A stretch of DNA of 20,000 nt from IMG/VR virus record IMGVR_UViG_3300020578_000056; one strand, written 5' to 3'. Both the position numbers and the translations under genes were made by a program. Below the pieces are notes generated by a model. It saw only the letters and a program-made list of their open reading frames with translations, had not been told where the DNA came from and did not search any database. The stretch is from an uncultured virus (IMG/VR IMGVR_UViG_3300020578_000056) (taxonomy: Duplodnaviria; Heunggongvirae; Uroviricota; Caudoviricetes). How positions within the stretch are numbered: the first letter of the stretch is position 1; each line of letters starts with the position of its first letter. Shown here piece by piece: positions 1-8,437 of the stretch.

Positions 1-1535
1 AACGCCTGGAGTCTGGCTCCGGGGCTACCGCCACCAATGGCTCGAACTGCACTAACATGATAAACCTTCTGCACGGCCTTCCAAGGAACCCCTCTGCGCT
101 CCACTCGCCGACGAAACTCCAGGGCTTCCCTTCCACCGGGTTCGTCCATCTGGTAATTGACGGTCGCCACACGACGGAACTGCTCGTTCAAAAGCTTTTG
201 CCAGGGGATATAGTAAAGATTCAGCGAATTGGTGGAAAGAACCGACTGCTGGGCAAGCTGGGCGTTGACCTCGGTGGCGGTTCGGGCGTCGCCGTCGGGC
301 ATAATCTGACGGGCGGAGTAACCTCCCGTGTTGTTGGTGCGGGTGACTTCAAGATCGCGGATGATCGGAAGAACATTGCCGGCGAGATTGGGGAAAGCTT
401 TGTCGATGACATTGATTCCAGGAGGAAGAATGGAAAGAGGGCCATTGTAGACCAAAGACATATTGCTGACATCCTCGCCGGTAGCCGGCTGAATCATCAG
501 AGCCGAAGACAGCATTGCTCCGTCAACAACCTGGTTACGGAGCCGATTGGAAAGCTGGATAAAGGGAAAGAGCTTGTAACCTAGCCCACGAATGGAGTGT
601 AGAAGGCCGTTGGTGCCGATCCCATAAGTGAAGAGAACAAAGGCTTGGTTGGTATCCGCAAATCGACTTGGCTTCTTGAACAAGAAATCGGACTCATCGC
701 CTGTCCGTGTCCCAATGTAATGGGAAAGGGTTCCATCAAACTCCTTCACGAAGTAGTGGACGGCTCGGACAACCTTGCTTCGGGAATGGGAATAAACCAG
801 ATCGTTGTTCTTCAACTCGGCTTGGAGATTTTCCCAGTCACGCTCGGTCGCCAGACCGGTCTCGGTCGCTTCCATAATGACCTTCTTGGTCACCTCCACA
901 TTCCAACCCAACTCGGCGGCAACTTTCGGATTCTCAATATATTTGTACAACTCCCCAACTAAGAAGTTCCGCTCGATGGTTGCCACCTCGACCTTGGTGT
1001 CACAGGCGGGAGTTCCACGGGGAACCTTGAAATCCTTCAACCCACAAACATTCCACTTCCAATTGCGGGAATCTTCAAAAAAGGAAACTCCGACCCCGAA
1101 AGCAATAAACTGGTGGGCGAGCATTTGCTGCTTGTAATAAAACTCGTCCCACTGGGTCATCATTCGGTGGAACTCTTCAGAAATAATCTGCTCCCATTCA
1201 ACCCTTTGAGCGGGGTCGCCTTCCGCTGTTTTCACATTCACAAGGCAAGGAACCGAATTGACCAAATCGGAGTAAGCCGACAAAGCAGATTCAAGGCTGG
1301 CCGCGGCTTCACCAAAGTTAAGATTAGCCCTGTACCCCTGCCCCAAAGACTTTAACTGATTCGGAGAGTAGGGGGGTTCCCCATCAAGAACGGCCTGAAT
1401 TTTCTGGCGATCTAGGGCGGAAGCATCATCCGCCTGACGCATCGAGAGATAAATGGCGTGTGCGTCCTTGGCGGATTTGACCCGTTCCTGAGGTGGCTGA
1501 CCCGAGGGAGTAATGTTGGCTAGCTCGATAGACAC
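1..1535 (-). CDS. Portal protein, 3' end truncated by the window edge
   Basis: Hand translation from GTG at 1535 stays open to position 1 (MSIELANITPSGQPPQERVKSAKDAHAIY...DGEPPY...HSIRGLG...DARTATEV...). TATEV is a typical portal motif, and the gene follows TerL on the same strand. Absent from the ORF track because no stop falls in the window. Confidence 0.8.
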   Translation of the reverse strand, partial: MSIELANITPSGQPPQERVKSAKDAHAIYLSMRQADDASALDRQKIQAVLDGEPPYSPNQLKSLGQGYRANLNFGEAAASLESALSAYSDLVNSVPCLVNVKTAEGDPAQRVEWEQIISEEFHRMMTQWDEFYYKQQMLAHQFIAFGVGVSFFEDSRNWKWNVCGLKDFKVPRGTPACDTKVEVATIERNFLVGELYKYIENPKVAAELGWNVEVTKKVIMEATETGLATERDWENLQAELKNNDLVYSHSRSKVVRAVHYFVKEFDGTLSHYIGTRTGDESDFLFKKPSRFADTNQAFVLFTYGIGTNGLLHSIRGLGYKLFPFIQLSNRLRNQVVDGAMLSSALMIQPATGEDVSNMSLVYNGPLSILPPGINVIDKAFPNLAGNVLPIIRDLEVTRTNNTGGYSARQIMPDGDARTATEVNAQLAQQSVLSTNSLNLYYIPWQKLLNEQFRRVATVNYQMDEPGGREALEFRRRVERRGVPWKAVQKVYHVSAVRAIGGGSPGARLQA

Positions 1536-1545
1536 GGTTTTTACT

Positions 1546-1572
1546 AGGTTAACAAAATTTTTGTTTCGTCAA
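1546..1572 (-). promoter_or_regulatory. Putative portal promoter TTGACG-N15-TAACCT with extended TG
   Basis: -35 at 1572-1567, -10 at 1551-1546 preceded by TGT, 10 nt upstream of the GTG start. Confidence 0.45.
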
Positions 1573-3290
1573 GTGGAAGCTAAAACTTGTCGATCCATAT
1601 AAGAGGCAACGTCCATTTTCTTGGCGGTTTTCACCCAACCTTCCCCACGGGACACCGCCAACTTGGCTCCGGCATACGCTCCAAGACGGTATCGGCAGAC
1701 ATCCAGCAAAAGCAAAGCCGCATCCGCCAAATCGGGAGACTTTCCCATTCTGGCTTTCATGTCTTTCTTTGGCTCAACCACAAGTCGCCCGCCAGCCATC
1801 GTGCTGTACTTTCTGGAACAAAGCTCCCTAGCCAAATCGGGGCTGATACCTCGGATTTGATTCGACCTTAAAAACTCAACGCCAACCCACCATAACTCGC
1901 TGACCTTGTTCCCAAACTTTTCATTGGCCTTGATGGGGGACATAGCACTGACGGGAAGCTGAGAAGGCTTCTCCCCAAACTTGACTCGATAAATCCGAGG
2001 CGACCAGAGCTCGCTTAAAATATCGCAAAAGGGGTCGCCGGCTCCCGTGGCATCAACCGCAAGATTTTCGGGTAAAACCCCTTCAGCTTGGCAAACTTCT
2101 CGGACCTGTCGGGCAATCTGAAAGTTTCTGGGTTCATTAGCCTTGCTAGCGTCTTCCCGAAGAATGTGAGCCTTTTCAAAAGCTACGGTTGGCATCCCCA
2201 AATCCGATTTTCCAAAGGACCCCACATAAAGAACGCAACGATCCCCACCATTGGTAAAAGCGGGGTCAAGTCCGGCAACTTTGATGGGTTGTTTTTCCCA
2301 CTTAGGCAAAGCCTCACCCTCAAACCTTCGGATTTCGGCTTCAGAATAAATGTTTTGTTCTGCGCCCACGGGGGCTGGAAAAGAGCGGATAAACCGCCAG
2401 TAAGAAAGGCTGTTTTCACCTTGGTAATCTCGAGCTTCCCGAAGTTGCTTGGAGGTTAGGAGAAAGGGCCACTCATCGTCGGAGTCTAGATTGGGGGTTT
2501 TTTCGCCGTCTAAATGAATGCAGTACCCCCGGGAAGTTTCCCAGCCACCCAAATCACAATTGACGCTATTCCAGGTGTCCTTGGGGGTGATGAATTGGCC
2601 GAAGGGATCATAGGCCGAAGCAAAATTCCCAAGAGCGACACACTGGAAAAAAGGGTTGGAATCCAAATTGTGGATGGCCTCAAAAATAGCGGGACTGACA
2701 TCGGTGGCCTCGTCTACCAAAAGAAACACCCTCTTGTTTTTAAGACCGATCAACTTCTCGGTGGCTTCCTTCTCTTTGTCCTTGGCGGAAGGAATCAAAG
2801 TGATGCTGGATCGGTCGCTGCCAGCTTCATCCAAAATAACTTTTCCCATAGAATCAACAATTCTTCCGGGAAGGCCGGGAACTTGCATATGCCGTTCACG
2901 AATGACCCCCCACATCCGTTTTCGAGCCTCACGAAGGCTGGTCGTGGTGCAGAGGACAAGGGTATTGAAGGGGTCGCAAAGCCAGTTAATCAAGCCCCAC
3001 ATACCGATGCAGTGGGTTTTGCTGGAGGATTTGGGTCCGGAGATTCCCAGATAATTCCATTTGCAGGCGGCCTCAAAAATGGTTTCAGCCCAAGGATTCC
3101 ATTGAAACCCGTTTTTGTTCTTCTTTTTATCGTAAGGCCAAAGCATCTCCACGACTCTTCGGAAATGGCCATATTTCCCAATACCGCCAACATTGGAGCC
3201 AAAATTTTCCCGAAAGGCAATAAGCTCGATGGTTACATCGGTTGTGCCAATTGGCCAAATCCGCCCGTATCTTTCAAAACCATCGGCCAT
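1569..3290 (-). CDS. terL: Terminase large subunit
   Basis: 573 aa. Walker A-like GPKSSSKT, Walker B VFLLVDE, coupling motif ALGN, RNase H-like nuclease motifs AGLDPA, AVDATGAG and KSPDLADA; adjacent to the portal gene. Confidence 0.93.
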   Translation of the reverse strand: MADGFERYGRIWPIGTTDVTIELIAFRENFGSNVGGIGKYGHFRRVVEMLWPYDKKKNKNGFQWNPWAETIFEAACKWNYLGISGPKSSSKTHCIGMWGLINWLCDPFNTLVLCTTTSLREARKRMWGVIRERHMQVPGLPGRIVDSMGKVILDEAGSDRSSITLIPSAKDKEKEATEKLIGLKNKRVFLLVDEATDVSPAIFEAIHNLDSNPFFQCVALGNFASAYDPFGQFITPKDTWNSVNCDLGGWETSRGYCIHLDGEKTPNLDSDDEWPFLLTSKQLREARDYQGENSLSYWRFIRSFPAPVGAEQNIYSEAEIRRFEGEALPKWEKQPIKVAGLDPAFTNGGDRCVLYVGSFGKSDLGMPTVAFEKAHILREDASKANEPRNFQIARQVREVCQAEGVLPENLAVDATGAGDPFCDILSELWSPRIYRVKFGEKPSQLPVSAMSPIKANEKFGNKVSELWWVGVEFLRSNQIRGISPDLARELCSRKYSTMAGGRLVVEPKKDMKARMGKSPDLADAALLLLDVCRYRLGAYAGAKLAVSRGEGWVKTAKKMDVASYMDRQVLAST

Positions 3291-3315
3291 AACTCAATGG
3301 GAAGATATTAAAATC

Positions 3316-3556
3316 GGTCAAGATTTGGTCAAGATTTTTAGGCCTATTTTTACAAATACCTAATTTTCAATTACTTCTCAAAAATGCACATTGGGCTAAC
3401 GACCCTAATCTGTAAGTCATTTTCTGCCAATATTTTGCGTTAACTTCTTCTGTTGCTGGAAATTACCCGTGCAAAGTGGGAAAAGCAATGTGCAACATTA
3501 AGCAACATTTTACCTTGACTTTGGTCAAGAATGTCAAGATATTCTGTCAAGATTCT
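3316..3556. repeat. GTCAAGA repeat array in the terL/int divergent spacer (attP arm sites or operators)
   Basis: GGTCAAGATTT tandem at 3316-3326 and 3327-3337; GCAACATT at 3492 and 3502; inverted CTTGAC at 3514; GTCAAGA at 3524, 3533 and 3546. Confidence 0.75.
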
Positions 3557-3562
3557 AAAACT

Positions 3563-4789
3563 ATGAAACCGATAGTAATTCAAAAAGGTTGGGCTCGAGT
3601 CAAAATTTACGAGTGTCCCCTTCGCCGGGGAGACCGTGAATACCTCACCTACATCATCGTCTGGCGGGTGGGTAAAAAGAGAATGAAGCGGGGTATGGCC
3701 TCGCTGGAACTCGCCAAACGGGAAGCCAAAGCCATCGCCGAACAACTGGCCGACGGACACGCCACCACCACGGAAATCACGCAAAAGGAACTGCAATACT
3801 TTCGGCATTGCGAAAACCTCCTCAACGGCGTCCCGCTGGACCGAGCCATCAAAGTCTACATCGAGTCCAACCCAAAAGAGGTCAAACAAGTCCGAGTCAA
3901 GGAACTGGTCGAAGAATTTTTAAAACGAAACGACGCCGACCCCAACCTCTCCAAGGAGCAAAAGCGGACAATCCGCAGCCACTTGACCCGATTCTCCGAA
4001 CGGATGAACCGTCCAGTTTCCGTCATCTCGCCTAGGGACATCGACGAATACCTAGACGACCCAACCTACGCCCCCCGCACCCGCCACAACCACCGGTCCT
4101 CCCTCATCGTGCTCTTCAACTATGCCCGAAGGAAGGGCTACCTTCTGGAAGACAAACGCCACGCCGCCGAAAAGTCTGAGGAGATCCGTTTCAAGCGTCC
4201 TGACGTGGAAATCTATTCTCCCGAACAAGCCGAAACGACGCTCCAACTGGCCGACCCCAAGCTTGTCCCCTTTATTGCGATTGGGTTATTTTCTGGTGTC
4301 CGCACCGCCGAGCTTTGCCGCCTTAACTGGGAGGACATCGACTGGATCGGCGGGAACATCCGTCTGGATCGAAACATCACGAAGACCAACCAATCTCGCC
4401 TTGTCCCCCTCCTCCCCAACCTCACGGAATGGCTTGCGCCCTACAAACACAAGAAGGGTAACATTATGGCCTCGATGGGAACCAAGGAGCCAACTCGGTT
4501 CGTCAGCCCATGGCTCGCCAAATCGGAAAACCCCAAGCTCCCGGCCAAGTGGATCGACAACGGGATGCGTCACTCTTTTGCTTCCTACTATTTGGCGTAC
4601 ACGCAGGATGCCGCTCGGACGGCTCTGGCCTGTGGGCACTCGGTCAGCATGTTGCTGGGGACTTACAAAACAGTCTCTCTTAACGGCGTATCGATAACCC
4701 AGGAGGTGGCGAAACGATACTTCGAGATTAGGCCTAAGGCCGTCGAAAATGTCGTGCCATTACGTTATGCCCAGTCAAAGAAGTCCTAA
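3563..4789 (+). CDS. int: Tyrosine recombinase / phage integrase
   Basis: SGVRTAEL (Arg), ITKTNQSR (Lys), NGMRHSFASY, ACGHS...GTY (Tyr); SAM-like core-binding region (PRTRHNHRSSL...LFNYA). ATG 3563 is preferred over 3476 because the upstream part is the repeat array. Confidence 0.93.
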   Translation: MKPIVIQKGWARVKIYECPLRRGDREYLTYIIVWRVGKKRMKRGMASLELAKREAKAIAEQLADGHATTTEITQKELQYFRHCENLLNGVPLDRAIKVYIESNPKEVKQVRVKELVEEFLKRNDADPNLSKEQKRTIRSHLTRFSERMNRPVSVISPRDIDEYLDDPTYAPRTRHNHRSSLIVLFNYARRKGYLLEDKRHAAEKSEEIRFKRPDVEIYSPEQAETTLQLADPKLVPFIAIGLFSGVRTAELCRLNWEDIDWIGGNIRLDRNITKTNQSRLVPLLPNLTEWLAPYKHKKGNIMASMGTKEPTRFVSPWLAKSENPKLPAKWIDNGMRHSFASYYLAYTQDAARTALACGHSVSMLLGTYKTVSLNGVSITQEVAKRYFEIRPKAVENVVPLRYAQSKKS

Positions 4790-4943
4790 CACAACTACTT
4801 CGACCTTCACGCTTCCCAAACACCTCTTAAAATGGGTGCAGGAACAGGCCAAGTCGCGGGGAGTATCAACTTCGGAATTCCTTAGAAATCTCCTTTTAAA
4901 TAAGTGGGATCAGCAAAATAGCTCCAAAGGGACAAAGAAATAA
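4767..4943 (+). CDS. Ribbon-helix-helix (CopG/Arc-like) DNA-binding protein
   Basis: TSTFTLPKHLLKWVQEQAKSRGVSTSEFLRNLL fits the RHH strand-helix-GxSxSE-helix pattern; overlaps the end of int. Confidence 0.78.
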   Translation: MPSQRSPNTTTSTFTLPKHLLKWVQEQAKSRGVSTSEFLRNLLLNKWDQQNSSKGTKK

Positions 4944-4951
4944 TTACTCAA

Positions 4952-5040
4952 TACGCTTAAACGGCGTAATTACGGCGTAACTAGCCTAATATTAAGTATT
5001 TACGTAATTGATTGTAAAAGGTGCTAGGCATACCCTACGC
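4952..5040 (+). promoter_or_regulatory. TACGC/GCGTA operator-like boxes plus sigma70-like promoter TTGATT-N17-TACCCT
   Basis: TACGC-N7-GCGTA inverted repeat at 4952-4968; ACGGCGTAA direct repeat at 4961 and 4972; -35 at 5008-5013, -10 at 5031-5036; another TACGC at 5036-5040. Confidence 0.5.
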
Positions 5041-5044
5041 ACCT

Positions 5045-5221
5045 GTGAAAATCAAAAGGCGGTTTCATTCCGAGGACACTGAAAAGACAAATTTGGTGGT
5101 CCCAAAATCCATCAAGGATGATGCGCTAAAGGCGGCAAGAGCCGAAAGGCTTTCACTTTCGCAATGGGTAGTCCGAGCGATCTGCGAAAAACTTGAGGGG
5201 ATGAAAAAAAATAACATGTAA
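5045..5221 (+). CDS. Second RHH DNA-binding protein
   Basis: KTNLVVPKSIKDDALKAARAERLSLSQWVVRAICEKL fits the RHH pattern; GTG 5045 is 8 nt after the putative -10. Confidence 0.72.
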   Translation: MKIKRRFHSEDTEKTNLVVPKSIKDDALKAARAERLSLSQWVVRAICEKLEGMKKNNM

Positions 5222-5271
5222 CGAAAAATAATACTTGTCACCGCTACGCTGACGCTTACACCTGTACCCCA

Positions 5272-5580
5272 ATGAGATTAACTTTCGAGACTAAGTCGGT
5301 TCGAATTTTCTCTCATCCCAGCGGACACCTCGGAGTTGAGCTTGAGCCAGTCGGTGAAGACGGTTGGCCGAAGGACATGCCGGGAGAAACGATCTACAAC
5401 ATTTCTCAACTCACCAAGCGTCTCGGAGTTTCCCGTCGCACGGTCTACAATTTTCTAAAACGCCGCCACAATCCCCTGCCCCACTCAAAGGCCGGCGGAC
5501 GTCCCAAGGTCACCGAGTCGGACATCGCCTCGTGGTTGTCCCGCGAAAAAATCAAGGGGGACAAGATCCGCATTCTATGA
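5272..5580 (+). CDS. Excisionase-like / HTH_17 DNA-binding protein
   Basis: IYNISQLTKRLGVSRRTVYNFL...PLPHSKAGGRPKVTESDIASWL is a MerR-like winged HTH typical of Xis/AlpA; close to the integrase. Confidence 0.78.
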   Translation: MRLTFETKSVRIFSHPSGHLGVELEPVGEDGWPKDMPGETIYNISQLTKRLGVSRRTVYNFLKRRHNPLPHSKAGGRPKVTESDIASWLSREKIKGDKIRIL

Positions 5581-5619
5581 ATTTTTTGAAAAAGGGGGCT
5601 GTCACTACGAAAGGAGCCA

Positions 5620-6078
5620 ATGACAGCTACAAAAGAAATCATCGCAATCGACCCAGGCAAATCGGGGGGGATTGCGTGGAAGTCGGCTTACGGAGCCAGA
5701 GCCATCCCAATGCCGGCAACCGAGACGGACATCTGCGCACAAATCAAACAAATCTACTACCATCTCGACAAGCCGGCAGTCATCGTCGAGGAGGTCGGCG
5801 GGTACATCGGCAGACCGCAGCCGGGATCAGCCATGTTTACTTTTGGTCGAAATTTCGGTTTTTTGCTGGGGGTTTTGACCAGCCTCGGGGCAAGGATCGT
5901 TCTGGTTCGGCCTCAGAAATGGCAAGGCTACTTAAGTTGTGGGAAAAGCGAGGGGGACAGAACCAAGTGGAAAAACAAACTGAAGGCAAGGGCTCAAAAT
6001 CTGTTTCCTGGGATCGACGTGACCTTGGCCACGGCTGACGCCCTCCTTCTTTTGGAATACGGAACAAAAACCGAATGA
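5620..6078 (+). CDS. RuvC-like Holliday junction resolvase
   Basis: IIAIDPG, VIVEEV, SAMFTFGRNFG, VRPQKWQ and ADALLL motifs; AAGGAG RBS. Confidence 0.88.
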   Translation: MTATKEIIAIDPGKSGGIAWKSAYGARAIPMPATETDICAQIKQIYYHLDKPAVIVEEVGGYIGRPQPGSAMFTFGRNFGFLLGVLTSLGARIVLVRPQKWQGYLSCGKSEGDRTKWKNKLKARAQNLFPGIDVTLATADALLLLEYGTKTE

Positions 6079-7340
6079 AACTATACGACTGGCAACAACC
6101 CTCGGCGGATGCCCTTCTTGCTTCCTTGCGGGAACACCACGTTGCGGCTGATTGGAGTGACACGGGCACGGGCAAAACGCCCAAGGCCGTTTGGATCGCC
6201 AAGCAGCTGGACAAACCAGTCGCTATCATCTGCCCCAAGGCCGTAATCCCAGCGTGGAAAAAGTGGTGCCAAGAAGCTGGGATCGAACCCACATTTGTCC
6301 TCAATTACGAAAAGTTGAGGACGGGCTCGACTCCTTTCGGTGATTTTGTCAATGGGGCTTGGATCTGGTCGAAGCCAATTGTGTTTGACCAACTATTCAT
6401 TTGGGACGAAGTCCACAAGTGTAAAGGACCAAACAGCCTTAATGGGAAAATGCTGATCGCCTCCCGACCCTTCTATACTCTGATGCTCTCGGCGACTTTC
6501 GCTTCAAATCCCCTCGATATGAAGGCGACAGGGTTCCTTCTGGGCCTCCACAAATACGCCGACTTCTGGCCTTGGTGTCTCCGCAATGGGGTAAAAAAAG
6601 CTCCTTGGGGAGCGATGTCCTACTTTGGTGGGAAAACCAAGCTGAAAGCCATTCACGAAGCAATGGCTCCCAAATCAAGCAGGATCAAGATTGCCGAACT
6701 AGGGGATGCCTTCCCAGACAACGAGGTCTACGCAGAAGCTTACGATTGCGGGGATGTCCAGGGTCTTTACGATGATCTGGAACAGAAATTGATCGAATTG
6801 GCCAACAGCAAGGCCACAGACAAGCCCCACCCAATGACGGAAATTCTTAGGGCTCGGCAAGAGTCCGAGCTTTTAAGGGTGCCTGTCTTAACAGACTTAG
6901 GCCAAGACTTATTGGAAGAGGGGCGGTCGGTGGTTATTTTTTGCAATTTTAGAAATTCTCTTGACTTGCTTTTGTACAACTTTAAAGAAGCTGCGATGAT
7001 ATGGGGAGGACAATCCGAGGATGAGAGAGAAGGGATGATTGCCGACTTCCAACACGACGCAAACCCCGTGATGCTCTGCCAAATTCAAAGCGGTGGCGTT
7101 GGAGTAAATCTACACGACACTTTGGGAGTCCGTCCCCGCAGTTCCCTGCTTTGCCCAACCTACTCGGCCATCGATTTAAAACAAGCCTTGGGCCGTATCC
7201 ACCGAGCGGGTGCAAAATCCAAGGCCGTTCAAAGAATCATTTTTGCGGCCGATTCCATCGAGGAGCGAGTGATGAAGAAGGTCAAAGCCAAGCTCCACAA
7301 CATCGAAACTCTCAACGACGGGGACATCGAAACCATATGA
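6075..7340 (+). CDS. Superfamily 2 (SNF2-like) helicase
   Basis: DTGTGKT, WDEVH, LSAT, GGVGVNL and QALGRIHRAG motifs. Confidence 0.92.
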   Translation: MKLYDWQQPSADALLASLREHHVAADWSDTGTGKTPKAVWIAKQLDKPVAIICPKAVIPAWKKWCQEAGIEPTFVLNYEKLRTGSTPFGDFVNGAWIWSKPIVFDQLFIWDEVHKCKGPNSLNGKMLIASRPFYTLMLSATFASNPLDMKATGFLLGLHKYADFWPWCLRNGVKKAPWGAMSYFGGKTKLKAIHEAMAPKSSRIKIAELGDAFPDNEVYAEAYDCGDVQGLYDDLEQKLIELANSKATDKPHPMTEILRARQESELLRVPVLTDLGQDLLEEGRSVVIFCNFRNSLDLLLYNFKEAAMIWGGQSEDEREGMIADFQHDANPVMLCQIQSGGVGVNLHDTLGVRPRSSLLCPTYSAIDLKQALGRIHRAGAKSKAVQRIIFAADSIEERVMKKVKAKLHNIETLNDGDIETI

Positions 7341-8434
7341 GCCTACATCACGAGTTTTCACCTTCCCAACTGGCTTACCGGGAAGCTTGCCCCGGTTGGA
7401 AACCAGAAGAGGGCGAGCAATCCGTTCAAGCGGCTGAAGGAACGATGATGCACAAAGCCTTGGAAACGGGAGATTGCAAAGGCCTAAACGAAGAACAGAC
7501 ACGATGCGTCGGTATGGTTAGCGATTTGTTTGCTTCGATGAAGGAAGAATTGGACAAGCCCGACAGCAAGACAGAAGTCCATCAGGAGCTACGCCTTGAA
7601 ATTATGGGGCTTACCTTCGGAACTGCGGATCTTGTCTTAATTAACGGGCAGTACGCAAAAATTGGGGACGCCAAGTTTGGATGGTCGGCGGTGGAAGATG
7701 CCGAAACAAACCTTCAAGGCTGGGCATACGCCATTGGCGTACTTGAGAAATGGCCATCCGTTGACTACGTCGAGGTAGTTTTTGCCCAACCAAGACTCGA
7801 TTCAGTAAGCCGTGCCCATTTCTACCGAAAAGCCGACGCAGAAAGAATGAAGCTTCGGATTGCTGCGGTAATTGCCAGAGCCAAGAACCACAAGCCGCAA
7901 GACCTTCGACCTAGCGAGTTCTCTTGTCTTTATTGCGGAGCAAAGGCCACCTGCACTGCTCTCCACAAAAAAGCTTTGGTCATTTCCAGCAAATTTGTCG
8001 AACTTGCCCCGGACAAGGAGTTGCTCGACATCTACAACCCAGAGCAACTGGCTACTCCAGACCTTCGGAGCAAGGCCGAAATTCTTAGAAGGATCCTCGA
8101 GCCTTGGTGCGATAAGGTTCGAAAAGAAAATTTAAAGTTCATCCTTGAGACTGGGGAGGAAATCCCCGGTTTTGAGGTCAAAACCAGAGCGGGAAGGAAA
8201 AGCGTGTCCGACCCGCAAATCACATGGGAACTGGTCAAAGACAGACTCACTCCGGAAGAGTTTGCCGCCGTGACCGAAGTTTCCGTTGCCCAGCTTCTGA
8301 AGGCCTATTCCGACAAGGCACCGCGAGGTTCCAAGGAAAAAGCCAAACAGGAGATCGAAGACCGTTTGACCGATGCAGGGGTTCTGCAGGGGTCGGACGA
8401 GATTCGTTACCTACAAAGAAAGAAAGAAAAATAA
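7337..8434 (+). CDS. DUF2800 / Cas4-like PD-(D/E)XK exonuclease
   Basis: HHEFSPS..CPG, AAEGTMMH, FGTADLV, IGDAKFG, NLQGWAYA, CLYC...C. The true start is ATG 7337, which overlaps the helicase stop (ATGA). Confidence 0.85.
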   Translation: MSLHHEFSPSQLAYREACPGWKPEEGEQSVQAAEGTMMHKALETGDCKGLNEEQTRCVGMVSDLFASMKEELDKPDSKTEVHQELRLEIMGLTFGTADLVLINGQYAKIGDAKFGWSAVEDAETNLQGWAYAIGVLEKWPSVDYVEVVFAQPRLDSVSRAHFYRKADAERMKLRIAAVIARAKNHKPQDLRPSEFSCLYCGAKATCTALHKKALVISSKFVELAPDKELLDIYNPEQLATPDLRSKAEILRRILEPWCDKVRKENLKFILETGEEIPGFEVKTRAGRKSVSDPQITWELVKDRLTPEEFAAVTEVSVAQLLKAYSDKAPRGSKEKAKQEIEDRLTDAGVLQGSDEIRYLQRKKEK

Positions 8435-8437
8435 AAT

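Noticed and set aside
57..3311. Plus-strand ORFs over the portal and terL region (57..584, 645..962, 2514..3311 and others)
   Set aside because: Antisense shadows of the portal and terminase frames, with no motifs or RBS
3485..3512. Possible dif (XerC/D) site
   Set aside because: Only a loose resemblance to TTATGTTAAAT and no 11-6-11 architecture; better explained as a GCAACATT tandem
3476..3562. N-terminal extension of the integrase in the ORF track
   Set aside because: It translates the repeat array; integrase-like sequence begins at ATG 3563
4558..4575. Integrase HxxR changed to NxxR as a sign of inactivation
   Set aside because: Asn at this position occurs in tyrosine recombinases, and the other catalytic residues and the frame are intact
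5364..6038. 224-aa ORF overlapping the Xis-like and RuvC-like genes
   Set aside because: Alternative frame over two motif-supported genes; no recognisable domain
7151..8434. Cas4-like nuclease as evidence of CRISPR-Cas
   Set aside because: It is a standard DUF2800-type phage replication nuclease; there is no array or other cas gene; the 7151 start lies inside the helicase
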